Virus record (IMG/VR): IMGVR_UViG_3300042486_000250
Coordinates: 1 to 60,090 of that record
Strand: one strand, 5' to 3'
Length of the DNA: 60,090 nucleotides
Origin: a virus
Taxonomy: Duplodnaviria; Caudoviricetes
Within the stretch, counting starts at the first letter, position 1, and the number at the start of each line of letters is the position of its first letter. Shown piece by piece: positions 1 through 9,005 of the stretch. Under the pieces are notes generated by a model that ran no database searches, was not told the DNA's origin, and was given only the letters and a program-made list of their open reading frames with translations. The position numbers and the translations under genes are program-made.

Positions 1-1
1 C

Positions 2-259
2 GAAGATGAGATTGAACAATCTATTGCTGTACTCCGTGAGCGTTCATCTGCTATTATTGAATCAATCCAACAAGCAACTCAGCAATCGCAGGGTCGCTTG
101 CGGGGGGCGCCAGTAACGGCTCCTCCTGTTGGGCCAATGGAAACTCAGACGGAATACCAACAGTTAAGTGCGGATGATATCCGCAACATGTCAATGGATC
201 AGTATGCAAAGATGCGGGACAGGCTCCTAAATGCACGGTCTCCACGAGGCCGTTTCTAA
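2..259 (+). CDS. capsid scaffolding protein, C-terminal part (5' truncated by window)
   Basis: Open frame from nt 2 to TAA 257-259 ending ...DIRNMSMDQYAKMRDRLL..., immediately upstream of the capsid gene. Confidence 0.65.
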   Translation, partial: EDEIEQSIAVLRERSSAIIESIQQATQQSQGRLRGAPVTAPPVGPMETQTEYQQLSADDIRNMSMDQYAKMRDRLLNARSPRGRF

Positions 260-296
260 CAACCCCAACAATTAATTACCCAAAGGAATAAGCCCA

Positions 297-1379
297 ATGG
301 CATACCCATCCCCAGCAGGCGGTGCAATTACCACCGCAGGCGCAACATCAGCCGCAGGTTATACTGACGGCGGTGCTGCACTCAGTCCAGCAATCCAGAC
401 AATTTGGTCCAAGGAAATCTTGTTCCAAGCAATGCCTGTCCTCCGCTTTGAGCAGTTCGCTGTAAAGAAGACGGAACTCGGCGTTATGCCTGGTTTGACC
501 ATCAACTTCATGCGCTACAACAACCTCGCAATCAACGAAAGCACTGGTGCAGAGTTGACCGAAGGTGTCCGCATGGACCCAGTTGCCCTCTCGGCAAGCC
601 AGATCCAGATCACCGTTAAGGAACAGGGTCAGGCAGTTTCGGTTACCGAACTCCTGCTCAACGCTTCGTTTGACGATGTTATGGCATCGGCTTCTCGCCT
701 CCTCGGTCGCCACATGGCACAGTCCATGGATATCCAGGCACGCAACACCCTCTACAAGCCAGGCGTCCCATTCGGTGGCGGTGCGGCTGTGGCTCCAAAC
801 CTCGTGTTTGGTCGCACTGCAACGGCAACCCGTGGCTCACTTGCTCCATACGAGTACAAGGCCGCTGGTAACTCAGGTGCTCCTGGCTACCTCTCACCTG
901 CAACCATCAAGGACGCAGTTGAGATCTTGGCTGGACAGAACATTCCTCGCCTTGGCGACACCTATGTCTGTTTCGTAAACCCTGCACAGGCTCGCTCATT
1001 GCGTGACTGGCCTGAGTTCATTGAAGTAACGAAGTACGCCGCTCCTGGCAACTTCATGCTCGGTGAAATCGGACGCATCTACGATGTGGTCTTTATTGAA
1101 ACCACACAGGTCAAGTCAGGTCTTGGTCGTGTTGACTCCAACCCAGCAACGAGCACGGTGGATGCAGTTCTTGCGAACTCGTACACAGGCATCATGATTG
1201 GTGACAACGCATTCGGTCAGGCAATTGCCCTCCCAGTGGAACTCCGTGACGGCGGTGTGATTGACTTCGGTCGTGAGCACGGCTTGTCCTGGTACGCAAT
1301 CTGGGGCTTCGGTGTCATCACACACGAATCTCGTGTCTTGATCAACACCCTTGGTGGCTCAGTTCCTGCTGGAGCCTAA
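297..1379 (+). CDS. major capsid protein (N4-gp56-like, HK97 fold)
   Basis: 360 aa; ELTEG..., GEIGRIYDVVFIET, DFGREHGLSWY motifs; AAGGA RBS; strongly biased codons. Confidence 0.9.
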   Translation: MAYPSPAGGAITTAGATSAAGYTDGGAALSPAIQTIWSKEILFQAMPVLRFEQFAVKKTELGVMPGLTINFMRYNNLAINESTGAELTEGVRMDPVALSASQIQITVKEQGQAVSVTELLLNASFDDVMASASRLLGRHMAQSMDIQARNTLYKPGVPFGGGAAVAPNLVFGRTATATRGSLAPYEYKAAGNSGAPGYLSPATIKDAVEILAGQNIPRLGDTYVCFVNPAQARSLRDWPEFIEVTKYAAPGNFMLGEIGRIYDVVFIETTQVKSGLGRVDSNPATSTVDAVLANSYTGIMIGDNAFGQAIALPVELRDGGVIDFGREHGLSWYAIWGFGVITHESRVLINTLGGSVPAGA

Positions 1380-1392
1380 TCCACAAATTTGA

Positions 1393-1436
1393 TGTAAGGT
1401 GGGGGAACGGCGAAAGCCTAGTACCCCACCTTTACA
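1393..1436 (+). terminator. stem-loop after capsid gene (probable intrinsic terminator or stabiliser)
   Basis: tgtaaggtgggg...ggcGAAAgcc...ccccacctttaca inverted repeat with GNRA-capped inner hairpin. Confidence 0.6.
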
Positions 1437-1469
1437 CTTAATTACCCACTTTTACAAAAAGGAGTAGCC

Positions 1470-1727
1470 ATGGCTGCTAAAAAAACCACCAATCCAGAGT
1501 TTGTTGAGGCCCCTGAGGCAGTTGAGGAAGTTGTTGTTGAAGCAACTCCTGAAAAGGAAGTAGTCGCACCTGGCGCACCCGCCACAAAGAAGGGTCGTGT
1601 TAAGGGCACATGGACAATGTATTGGGGTACCCAGTCTTTCAGTTTTGAAGATGGCACCACATACACACTTCCTACTGACCTCTACAACCACCTCGCTAAC
1701 CACGGAAACATCTACGACACCCTCTAA
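1470..1727 (+). CDS. hypothetical head-associated protein
   Basis: 85 aa, AAGGAG RBS, follows capsid gene. Confidence 0.6.
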   Translation: MAAKKTTNPEFVEAPEAVEEVVVEATPEKEVVAPGAPATKKGRVKGTWTMYWGTQSFSFEDGTTYTLPTDLYNHLANHGNIYDTL

Positions 1728-1734
1728 GGAATAA

Positions 1735-3078
1735 ATGTCTGGCTTTACAATTCCAAATACTCCTGATGCTTTTAATCAGAATCAGGCAGAGCCAGACTCC
1801 CTTGACTTCCAAATTCTTGGAAGTGCTGACACTGGCGTTGTCAGTGGCATGGATGTCATCCCTGGCTCATCAGTTACCGTAGATGTTCTAGCAGGAGAAG
1901 TTTTAATTAAAGGCGTCTACTACAGACTTGCCAGTAACAAACTTAGTCTTGCTCTAACATCTGCTGGAACCGATGGGTTCTTTGACATTGTGTATGCTCG
2001 TATTAACGGGGCTAACACGGTTGATGTCTATGTCACTGGTACCGCTACAGGTCCAAACCCCCGATTTCCTGCTACAGGAAATGGTGTAGGTCAAATCAAT
2101 ACCGACACAGATGTTGTACTAGCCTCTGTTTGGCGTACAGCAAACATTGCCCCCACCTCTCAACACATTACTGATAAGAGGATTTTTGTCCGTTCTAACG
2201 GAAACAGGGTAGCGAACACCGCACCTACCAACGGCACAGCCATTGGTTCTGGGTCTTCTGGTGACACCTATGTTAATACCGCTTGGGTAACTAACGCTAC
2301 TAACCTTTCTTCCCCACTGTCAGTTAAGGTTGGTAACACCTGGTACAACCTTGCTAAGTACAGCGAAAACTTTACCGCAGGAACCATTACTGCCACCCTT
2401 GTAGGCAATGTCAGCGGAAACGCAACAACAGCCACAACCGCCAGTGCAGTTCCATGGAGTGGTATTACAGGTATCCCATCATTGGTCTATAACAACGGTG
2501 GAACTTACAGCATAAATGTTACAGGTAGCGCAGGAAGTGCTGGGTCTGCTGGCAGTGCTACAACTGCTGGTTATCTCTCTGTATTTGTCAATGTTGACCC
2601 ACTTGGCGGTAATTATATTGGTTGGAGTAGTTCGGGCGGTACTTGGACTGTTGAAGGCGGTTTCCGAGTAACTAATACCAACTTCTACCTAACTGGTATT
2701 GGTACCACAACATCATCAGCAAACATGCGTGTCCTTGCTGATGGTCGTGTTGCTTATAACACATCCTTGCGTAAGTACAAAGAACAAATTAACTCAGTTG
2801 AAAACGCACTAGAAATCATTCAGTCACTGACACCCCGAACCTTTAAAGCAATCCCTCAAGAAACTGATGGTGTAATTGAGGAATATGAATACAACAACAG
2901 TATTCATCATGGCTTTATTGTTGATGAAATTATAGAAGTACAACCAAATCTTATTGAATTTGGTATTGAAGATGGCGAAATTGTTCCACAGATGTGGAAA
3001 ACAAACGATGTCATTTCTATCCTTGTTAAAGCAGTACAGGAACTTTCCACCAAAGTTGAAGCCTTAGAGGCACAATGA
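1735..3078 (+). CDS. virion fibre protein with C-terminal intramolecular chaperone (peptidase S74-like)
   Basis: G/T/N/S-rich shaft (GNATTATTA, GSAGSAGSA); C-terminal SLRKYKEQI...HGFIVDEI...LVKAVQELSTKVEALE chaperone signature. Confidence 0.75.
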   Translation: MSGFTIPNTPDAFNQNQAEPDSLDFQILGSADTGVVSGMDVIPGSSVTVDVLAGEVLIKGVYYRLASNKLSLALTSAGTDGFFDIVYARINGANTVDVYVTGTATGPNPRFPATGNGVGQINTDTDVVLASVWRTANIAPTSQHITDKRIFVRSNGNRVANTAPTNGTAIGSGSSGDTYVNTAWVTNATNLSSPLSVKVGNTWYNLAKYSENFTAGTITATLVGNVSGNATTATTASAVPWSGITGIPSLVYNNGGTYSINVTGSAGSAGSAGSATTAGYLSVFVNVDPLGGNYIGWSSSGGTWTVEGGFRVTNTNFYLTGIGTTTSSANMRVLADGRVAYNTSLRKYKEQINSVENALEIIQSLTPRTFKAIPQETDGVIEEYEYNNSIHHGFIVDEIIEVQPNLIEFGIEDGEIVPQMWKTNDVISILVKAVQELSTKVEALEAQ

Positions 3079-3230
3079 CAGACGAGCGCCCAATCCCAGT
3101 GCCCACTGGTACGGTCGCTGACATTAAAAAAGTCCGCACCATCATGACCAGGCGTCACCGTGAGTCACAACCACAAGTTAATCAACCGTTGCAAGACACC
3201 CTCCCAGGAACTGGTTCAGGAGATCAATAA
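3075..3230 (+). CDS. small hypothetical protein (51 aa, not in ORF track)
   Basis: ATGA/TAATG coupling to both neighbours; MTDERPIPVP... Confidence 0.5.
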   Translation: MTDERPIPVPTGTVADIKKVRTIMTRRHRESQPQVNQPLQDTLPGTGSGDQ

Positions 3231-4033
3231 TGGCAAATTTAACCCCACTTCAATATATTGTGGAAGTAGCACGAAATTACTTGCGTGATTTCCCTAAGTT
3301 CTTTCAGGTGTCTTTTGACGCAATTGGTCGCACATATGAACTAGGTCAACTTAACATTGACCCCACTACCATCTGGGTGGCTACCGTTACTGGTGGAACA
3401 GTCACTGAACTAACATCTAGCCAGTACACCCTTGACAACCGTAATGGTATTTTGCGCCTTTCTGCTACCCCTGCTGCTAACACAACCATCATGGTTGAGG
3501 GCTACTACTACGAGTGGTTACTTCCTGCTGACCTTGAGTTTTACTCAAAGAAATCAATTAATTACCATATCCCCACAATTGATGTTCCTTTGGAACAGGC
3601 TAATCTTGCAGTATTGGATGTAGTGGGCCTGGGAGCCCTTGTAGAGTCCCTACAGGCTCTTATGACAGAGTTTGCCCGTGACATTGATGTCATGACCTCT
3701 GAGTCCATCCACATCCCTGGATCACAGCGTTTTCGCATGCTTCAAAGCCTTATTCAGCAATGGGAAGTTGAGTACCGTAAGCACGCCAACAACCTCAACA
3801 TTGGTCCTGAAAAAATATCTCAATTCAGTCTACGCCGTGTGTCCCGCACAACCAATCGTTATGTACCTCTGTACAAGGCTAAGGAACTTGGTGACTACGG
3901 TCCAATGGAGCGTATCTGGGCGGAAGACAGTGAAGGAAAAATCCTTATTGCAGAAGAAAATGAGCCGTTGCGTGAGGATGTCTATATTGATGGTCCCCCA
4001 CCAAGGGGCTACACGAGTAATGCGTTTTACTAA
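3230..4033 (+). CDS. head-tail adaptor/neck protein
   Basis: 267 aa; position; YTLDNRNGILRL motif seen in neck proteins. Confidence 0.55.
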   Translation: MANLTPLQYIVEVARNYLRDFPKFFQVSFDAIGRTYELGQLNIDPTTIWVATVTGGTVTELTSSQYTLDNRNGILRLSATPAANTTIMVEGYYYEWLLPADLEFYSKKSINYHIPTIDVPLEQANLAVLDVVGLGALVESLQALMTEFARDIDVMTSESIHIPGSQRFRMLQSLIQQWEVEYRKHANNLNIGPEKISQFSLRRVSRTTNRYVPLYKAKELGDYGPMERIWAEDSEGKILIAEENEPLREDVYIDGPPPRGYTSNAFY

Positions 4034-4581
4034 TGGACCTAAGGCGTGAACTAGCCCATATTAGAAAGAACTACCGCAGTTACCACCGTAACAACGGTGA
4101 GTCAATCGTATGGTTTGAATTTACTCCTTTGGGAACCAACACATCCACACAGTCTGTGTATGACGATGTTTACGATGAAGGTGTGCCAGGCGCTGGTGGT
4201 AAAAGGTACAAAAACGGTGTAATCATCCCTGTACTAATGATTACAGAGGCTGAAGACCAGAAGCGTGCTATCCCTGAAGGTCGCCAGCCAGTACAGTTGA
4301 CTAACTTTGTGGCATCAGTTGAGGATTTTCGTGATGCTGGGGTGGTCAACCCTTTTGAATACCGTGGTCACCTTAATGACATGTTCCTCTATGACGGTCG
4401 CTATTTTTCTGTAGTTTCCTACCGTGTCCGTGGTCGTGCCTCAGATGATGTATTGATTGTGGTTGAAGGTATTGAAGTCTTCATCAGCCAAGAAATGCCT
4501 TTTGATCCAGGTCCACAATCTTATGGTGTGCAGAATTTGCCATGGCCTGCCACCCTTCCCCCCTCCTCCACGATTCCCTAA
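4033..4581 (+). CDS. head closure/neck protein
   Basis: 182 aa; position; YDDVYDE and D-x-FLYDGRYF motifs. Confidence 0.5.
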   Translation: MDLRRELAHIRKNYRSYHRNNGESIVWFEFTPLGTNTSTQSVYDDVYDEGVPGAGGKRYKNGVIIPVLMITEAEDQKRAIPEGRQPVQLTNFVASVEDFRDAGVVNPFEYRGHLNDMFLYDGRYFSVVSYRVRGRASDDVLIVVEGIEVFISQEMPFDPGPQSYGVQNLPWPATLPPSSTIP

Positions 4582-4651
4582 CTCTGATAAACTGTATATA
4601 ACCTTGGTGAGCGCCAAGGGGTATAACGCCTAGAGTTCCGTGGGAGAAGTA

Positions 4652-5050
4652 ATGACTTCTGCACAATCGCATACACGCACGAACTCTAATTCTGTTATCA
4701 CTGGGGAATTCCCATTTGTTTCTTTCTTTTCAGAATACCTTGTGAATTTTCCATCAGCCTATAAAGGCGCCCTTGAAGACACTATTGCGGCTGAACACTC
4801 ACACCTTTCTGAAAGAATGTCATCCCACCCCGATTGGGTGGAACATGCTCCCCATGCAGATGTTTCCGTAGTAGGTAATCATCTTGAGTATGGTGTAAGT
4901 GCTAATAAAGATAAAGCCAAATTGGTTGAATATGGTGACCCCTCTAAGAAGGTTGTTCCCACAGGGCTACTACGATCTACTGCTTTACATCGTTCATATA
5001 ATCTAAAGTCTGAATTTTCCGACCGTATTTCAAATCGGATGATTAACTAA
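4652..5050 (+). CDS. putative neck/tail completion protein
   Basis: GGAG RBS before ATG 4652; VEYG...VPTGLLR motif of tail-completion proteins. Confidence 0.45.
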   Translation: MTSAQSHTRTNSNSVITGEFPFVSFFSEYLVNFPSAYKGALEDTIAAEHSHLSERMSSHPDWVEHAPHADVSVVGNHLEYGVSANKDKAKLVEYGDPSKKVVPTGLLRSTALHRSYNLKSEFSDRISNRMIN

Positions 5051-5709
5051 TGCCGAATCCAGGATTTCTTCTTGCCGAAGACGCTGCCCTTAAAGCACGG
5101 TTTGCTACCTTGACTGTTAGTGATGACCGCAACGGTTCACGACCTGTACAGGTATTCTTCCGTTACCCAGAGGCAGAAACTGAGCGCAATTATCCTTTTC
5201 TTACTATTGAAATGATTGACATTGTGCATGCACGAAACCGTCAGCATTCAGAAACACAAGTAGTTTACCCTAAAGTGGGTATTCCAAACCGCTCTAAGTT
5301 TGATACTTCACCAGACCGTTTAAACTATTGGCCTAGCCGTATCTCTAATTTACAAACGGTACCTTCCACAGGTAAAGAGTTTATTGTCAGCAACGAGTTT
5401 GTTCCTGTAGATCTTTTGTATCAAGTTTCTACATTTACTCGTAGTGCACTACACGATCGCCAACTTAGCAGTCAAATGTTGAGTACAATTGTTCCATTCC
5501 GACAGGGCTTTATCACAGTCCCAGAGGATGACACAATTCGGCGTTTAGATCTTTTGGATTGGACAACTGCGGACCTCCTTGACTCAGAGGCAGGATACCG
5601 TAAGCGTATTTTCCGAAAGATTTACACACTTCAAATGTCTGCTGAGATCCCCTCACAAGACATGTATGGTCTCCATCAAATCACATCTACTGTCCCAACA
5701 ATTGTCTAA
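5050..5709 (+). CDS. tail terminator/sheath stabiliser
   Basis: 219 aa directly before sheath; YPFLTIE and PVDLLYQV motifs. Confidence 0.55.
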   Translation: MPNPGFLLAEDAALKARFATLTVSDDRNGSRPVQVFFRYPEAETERNYPFLTIEMIDIVHARNRQHSETQVVYPKVGIPNRSKFDTSPDRLNYWPSRISNLQTVPSTGKEFIVSNEFVPVDLLYQVSTFTRSALHDRQLSSQMLSTIVPFRQGFITVPEDDTIRRLDLLDWTTADLLDSEAGYRKRIFRKIYTLQMSAEIPSQDMYGLHQITSTVPTIV

Positions 5710-5752
5710 ATATAAGTACCCCGTAAACCCCGTCTATTGCTAAGGAGCAAAA

Positions 5753-7405
5753 ATGGCATTCTCCCGCCCTGGTGTCTACATTACAGAAGGCCCATTCACT
5801 ACAAACGCATCAATAGGACCACAGGTTACTCCTGCGGCGTTCTTTGGAACAGTCGCTCGTGGACCTATTGGACCTACACGCATTGATTCGTGGAATCAGT
5901 ACAAGGCACTTTATGGTGACCTGACTAACACTTCTGATCTCGGTTACTCCGTCTACCAATTTTTTGCAAACGGTGGTCGTTCCGCATACATCAACCGCAT
6001 TGCCCATACCACGACTGCCCAGAACAACGCCGCCGCTGTGACCGCTAAGTCTGGTTCTATTACTGGAACAATTGGCGCTTCCTCTTCAGTAGTGACTTTG
6101 TTTAAGGTTCAAGCAAAGAGCCCAGGAACTTGGGCTAACTGGGTTGCATCAAGCACCACAACGACAGAACTTGGTTTGAAGGTTGTCCTTACACCAGGAC
6201 AGCGTGATGGTATTCCCGAAACAGTTAATGTTGGTGGTGGTGTTTTTGGTAAAGGCGCTCCACGAACATTCAACCTTTTTGTATACTTCAACGGAGTTGA
6301 GGTAGAGCGTTGGACTGAGGTTTCTCTTGATCCTGACTCAGCACAATACATCCTTAACATTGTTAACACATACTCTATTTACGCCGATGTCGTTGAGGTT
6401 GATGCTGGTTTAACCGCAGGTGTTGATTACACACTGACAGGTCTTACCTACGGAAACCCATCCTCAGGATCGGCTACCTACAAGATTGGTGACGCCACTG
6501 CTTCTGGAGATGTTGAAGGAACCAATGGTACTGTTGTTGACGCAGACTGGACAACCGCTGTTGACGCACTGGACACAGTTCCTGGTGCACTACTGATTAA
6601 CTTGGTTGGTCAAACATCTAAGAGTCTTGTAGATAAGGCGACAACATATGCCGAAACTCGTGGTAATGCTTTTGTCATTATTGACCCAAGCAAGACCCTA
6701 CTTACCAGTGCCGCAATCACAGGATTGACTGATACATACAACAAGTCTTCCTATGGCGCTGTGTATTACCCAGTCCTAAAGATGCCAGATCCTGCTCGTT
6801 CAGGTTCTGCTACTCTTCGTGATACTTTCCCAGGTGGAGCGATTGCTGGATTGTTCTCTCGTGTTGAGCAAGAGCGTACCGTGGCTAAAGCACCTGCTGG
6901 TTATGCTTACGACATCCGTAACGCATACGCTTTGACTACAAACTTCACGGAAGCAAGCATTGGTCTCCTTTATGATTCCAATGTCAACACCATGAAGAAC
7001 ATCCCTGGTGGTGGAATCATTATTAATGGTGCCCGAACCCTTAAGCGCACCGACATCACAAAGTATGTTCCAGTACGCCGTTCCCTTAACTACATCAAGC
7101 ACAATGTTGAAACAATTGCTAACTATGCATTGTTTGAGCCAAACGGTGAGCGTGTCTGGACAGACATCAATAACCGTGTCTGGAAGTTCCTGGCGGACTT
7201 TTGGGGTGCTGGTGGACTTAAGGGACGAAATGTAACAGAAGCGTTCTATATCATTTGTGATTCAACCAACAACACAACTTATACAATTGAAAACGGCGAA
7301 CTTCATGTTGAAGTTGGTGTGGCATTACAGTCACCTGCCGAATTCATTGTTATTAATGTAAGCCAGTTTGCTGGTTCTTCAAACACGACCGCAGAAACTA
7401 TCTAA
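5753..7405 (+). CDS. contractile tail sheath protein
   Basis: RPGVYITE N-terminus, FFANGG, GARTL, VPVRR, LFEPN, PAEFIVI. Confidence 0.95.
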   Translation: MAFSRPGVYITEGPFTTNASIGPQVTPAAFFGTVARGPIGPTRIDSWNQYKALYGDLTNTSDLGYSVYQFFANGGRSAYINRIAHTTTAQNNAAAVTAKSGSITGTIGASSSVVTLFKVQAKSPGTWANWVASSTTTTELGLKVVLTPGQRDGIPETVNVGGGVFGKGAPRTFNLFVYFNGVEVERWTEVSLDPDSAQYILNIVNTYSIYADVVEVDAGLTAGVDYTLTGLTYGNPSSGSATYKIGDATASGDVEGTNGTVVDADWTTAVDALDTVPGALLINLVGQTSKSLVDKATTYAETRGNAFVIIDPSKTLLTSAAITGLTDTYNKSSYGAVYYPVLKMPDPARSGSATLRDTFPGGAIAGLFSRVEQERTVAKAPAGYAYDIRNAYALTTNFTEASIGLLYDSNVNTMKNIPGGGIIINGARTLKRTDITKYVPVRRSLNYIKHNVETIANYALFEPNGERVWTDINNRVWKFLADFWGAGGLKGRNVTEAFYIICDSTNNTTYTIENGELHVEVGVALQSPAEFIVINVSQFAGSSNTTAETI

Positions 7406-7416
7406 GGAGATAAATA

Positions 7417-8034
7417 ATGGCTAATGTACAACGCACTGATCCACTTCGTAACTTTAAGTTTCAAGTTCAGATCACCCCATCTGGAGCACTTGCTAACTTT
7501 AGTAAGGACTTAGGAAAAATTGGATTCACCAACATGAGTGGTCTTAGTGTTACTAATGACCTCTTGTCTTACCGTGAGGGTGGTATGAACACCCACACGC
7601 ATAAGATGGTTGGTTTGTCTGACTTTAGCGCCGTGTCATTCGTTCGTGGCGTATTTGCTGACGGAGACCAACTCTGGAAGTGGCAACAATTCATCCACTC
7701 ATGGGAGAGTGGTGTCCCTGGTGGAAGCACTGGTATTAATGAGCAGGGCGACTACCGCTGTGACATCGTGGTAAAGGTCTATGACCACCCAACCACGAGT
7801 AACACCTACACCTACTCTGGTGGAGGAAACCTCTCAACCAATGATGAAAAGCCTGGTAAGGTTAAACTTGCCATGAAGTTGTTCAACTGCTGGCCTGGAG
7901 TTTTCAGTCTTGGTGGATTGTCTGCTGGAGACAGTGGAATTATGGTTCAAGAACTTACTGTGCACCATGAAGGATTTGTTCTTGCTTGGAATGCAGCAGA
8001 TGCAGCCAAGTACAACATCCAGGGCTTTAACTGA
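7417..8034 (+). CDS. tail tube protein (T4 gp19-like)
   Basis: DPLRNFKF, YREGG, NCWP, ELTVHHEG. Confidence 0.9.
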   Translation: MANVQRTDPLRNFKFQVQITPSGALANFSKDLGKIGFTNMSGLSVTNDLLSYREGGMNTHTHKMVGLSDFSAVSFVRGVFADGDQLWKWQQFIHSWESGVPGGSTGINEQGDYRCDIVVKVYDHPTTSNTYTYSGGGNLSTNDEKPGKVKLAMKLFNCWPGVFSLGGLSAGDSGIMVQELTVHHEGFVLAWNAADAAKYNIQGFN

Positions 8035-8061
8035 TCTAACTTAACTTAAAAGGAAAACTAA

Positions 8062-8859
8062 ATGTCAGAATCATTATCCAGTCTAGCGAATGCGGCTAAT
8101 AGCGCAATCGCAGAATCAGCACCAACTATTGACAATTCTCCAGACACAACTGTAACCCTTCTTAAAGGTGTCCTTAATACGGAAACCAATGACTGGGAAA
8201 CTGTGGCACAAGTCCGTGAACTTACTGGAGAAGACGAGGAATCATTAGCGGCACTTGACGCTAAAGAAGAATTGTCATACGGAGACTATCTAAACGAATT
8301 GTTAAAAAAAGCAGTTGTAACTATTGGCTCTATGTCTATTGCTAGTAACCAGCATCTTATTGATGAATTACTTATTGGTGATCGTGACTTATTGTTTTTA
8401 GGTGTTGTTCGTGCAACTTATGGTAAGTCACGAGAAATGCAACTCAACTGCGGAACATGTGGCAAAAGCAACGATGTAACTATTGACCTAGTTGATGACT
8501 TTAAAGTTGACAAAGTAGATGTAGACCTTACAAAGCCAATTAATGTTGTTCTTAAAAATGGGGAAACTTACTCATTTAATTACCCAACATCAGGTGATAG
8601 TAGGTATGCGGCTAAAAAGGGTAAAACCGCTGCTGAACAAAATACATACATTATTGCTCGTTGTCTTATTAACACCATGGATCGTGAATCTCGTGAATCA
8701 TGGGCTAAAAAGTTAAACATTGCAGACCGTAAAAAGATCACAAAAGCAATCACCTCGGTACAACCAGGTCCTCAAATGGAGGAGGTGGAGACTCAGTGTG
8801 CCCATTGTGATACTAATTTAACAGTGGTGATAGATTGGGTCTCACTTTTATTCGGTTGA
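8062..8859 (+). CDS. tail assembly chaperone / T4 gp26-like baseplate hub assembly protein
   Basis: RELTGEDEE, GDRDLLFL, two CxxC pairs; between tube and tape measure. Confidence 0.7.
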   Translation: MSESLSSLANAANSAIAESAPTIDNSPDTTVTLLKGVLNTETNDWETVAQVRELTGEDEESLAALDAKEELSYGDYLNELLKKAVVTIGSMSIASNQHLIDELLIGDRDLLFLGVVRATYGKSREMQLNCGTCGKSNDVTIDLVDDFKVDKVDVDLTKPINVVLKNGETYSFNYPTSGDSRYAAKKGKTAAEQNTYIIARCLINTMDRESRESWAKKLNIADRKKITKAITSVQPGPQMEEVETQCAHCDTNLTVVIDWVSLLFG

Positions 8860-8992
8860 TCTGACACTTATTTATTGGGAATACGAAAGAATTGTCTCTG
8901 CGTACAGAGGCTTTGGTCTCCAAGACCTCAAAACAATGACAGTGCGCCAGCGTGCCTTTTGGTTCAGCATGGCAAAGTGGCGTAATAAATAA
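8834..8992 (+). CDS. +1-frame extension of the tail chaperone (probable frameshift product)
   Basis: Frame open 8834-8992 encoding ...DLTLIYWEYERIVSAYRGFGLQDLKTMTVRQRAFWFSMAKWRNK with no ATG/GTG/TTG at its 5' end. Confidence 0.5.
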   Translation: MGSHFYSVDLTLIYWEYERIVSAYRGFGLQDLKTMTVRQRAFWFSMAKWRNK

Positions 8993-9005
8993 TTAAGGAT
9001 TTATC

